Positions 63,601 through 64,000 of a stretch of 64,000 bases of DNA are shown here, one piece after another (position 1 is the stretch's first letter; every line of letters begins with the position of its first letter). The DNA comes from Paraspadella gotoi (taxonomy: Eukaryota > Animalia > Chaetognatha), in contig CM119271.1 in the NCBI GenBank assembly GCA_051294375.1, positions 1,805,395-1,869,394 of the forward strand, in the 5' to 3' direction. The position numbers were made by a program, and so were the translations under genes. Under the pieces are notes generated by a model. It worked only from the letters and a program-made list of their open reading frames with translations, was not told the origin of the DNA and did not search any database.

Positions 63601-64000
63601 GTGAGGAATTGGTAGGAGGACGACGGCAACAACAATAACAGCAACTACAGCAACTACGATGACAACAATGACCACGCTGTTGATGATACAGTAAGTTATT
63701 TGTACAACAACGACAAAGACAACAACAGTAATAATAACAACCACAAGACGACGAACAATAACAGAAACGTAACAACAACAATGACGCTGGTACAACGACA
63801 ACAGCAACCATGACGACAACTAGAATCACGAGGATAAAGAGTACAGAAATTACTACGAGATCAAGCGCAGCACTAATGAAACAAAGAATAAGAATGGTAA
63901 TTCAAATGTGTTGCGCTGCAGTGACTTTCTTTTCACTTGTATGATACGCAATTGCATCGGGATTTGGTCTTTTATTCTTTAAAGTTTTAGAATTTCCTGA

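Overview
AT-rich animal (invertebrate-like) genomic DNA from a draft assembly, with N gaps, many single-base indels and long (GA)n tracts. The main signal is an apparently intronless minus-strand gene at about 15185 to 10449. It joins a Toll-like multi-cysteine-cluster LRR ectodomain and a probable transmembrane helix to a degenerate kinase-like segment and an IRE1/RNase L-type KEN ribonuclease domain that retains the Y/R/N/H catalytic set. This architecture suggests a surface LRR receptor-ribonuclease. Scrambled fragments of paralogues lie nearby. The window also has a spliced MATH-domain gene, a possible DWNN/ubiquitin-like exon, tRNA-Ala(AGC), an env-only LTR element with a chuvirus/gB-like class III fusogen (two tandem copies), a 2.8 kb foldback element, a hAT element with an 8-bp TSD, a perfect hairpin with hammerhead-like motifs, SINE/HINE-like repeats and low-complexity exons. 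All calls were made by eye. Several frameshifts and duplications may be assembly errors.
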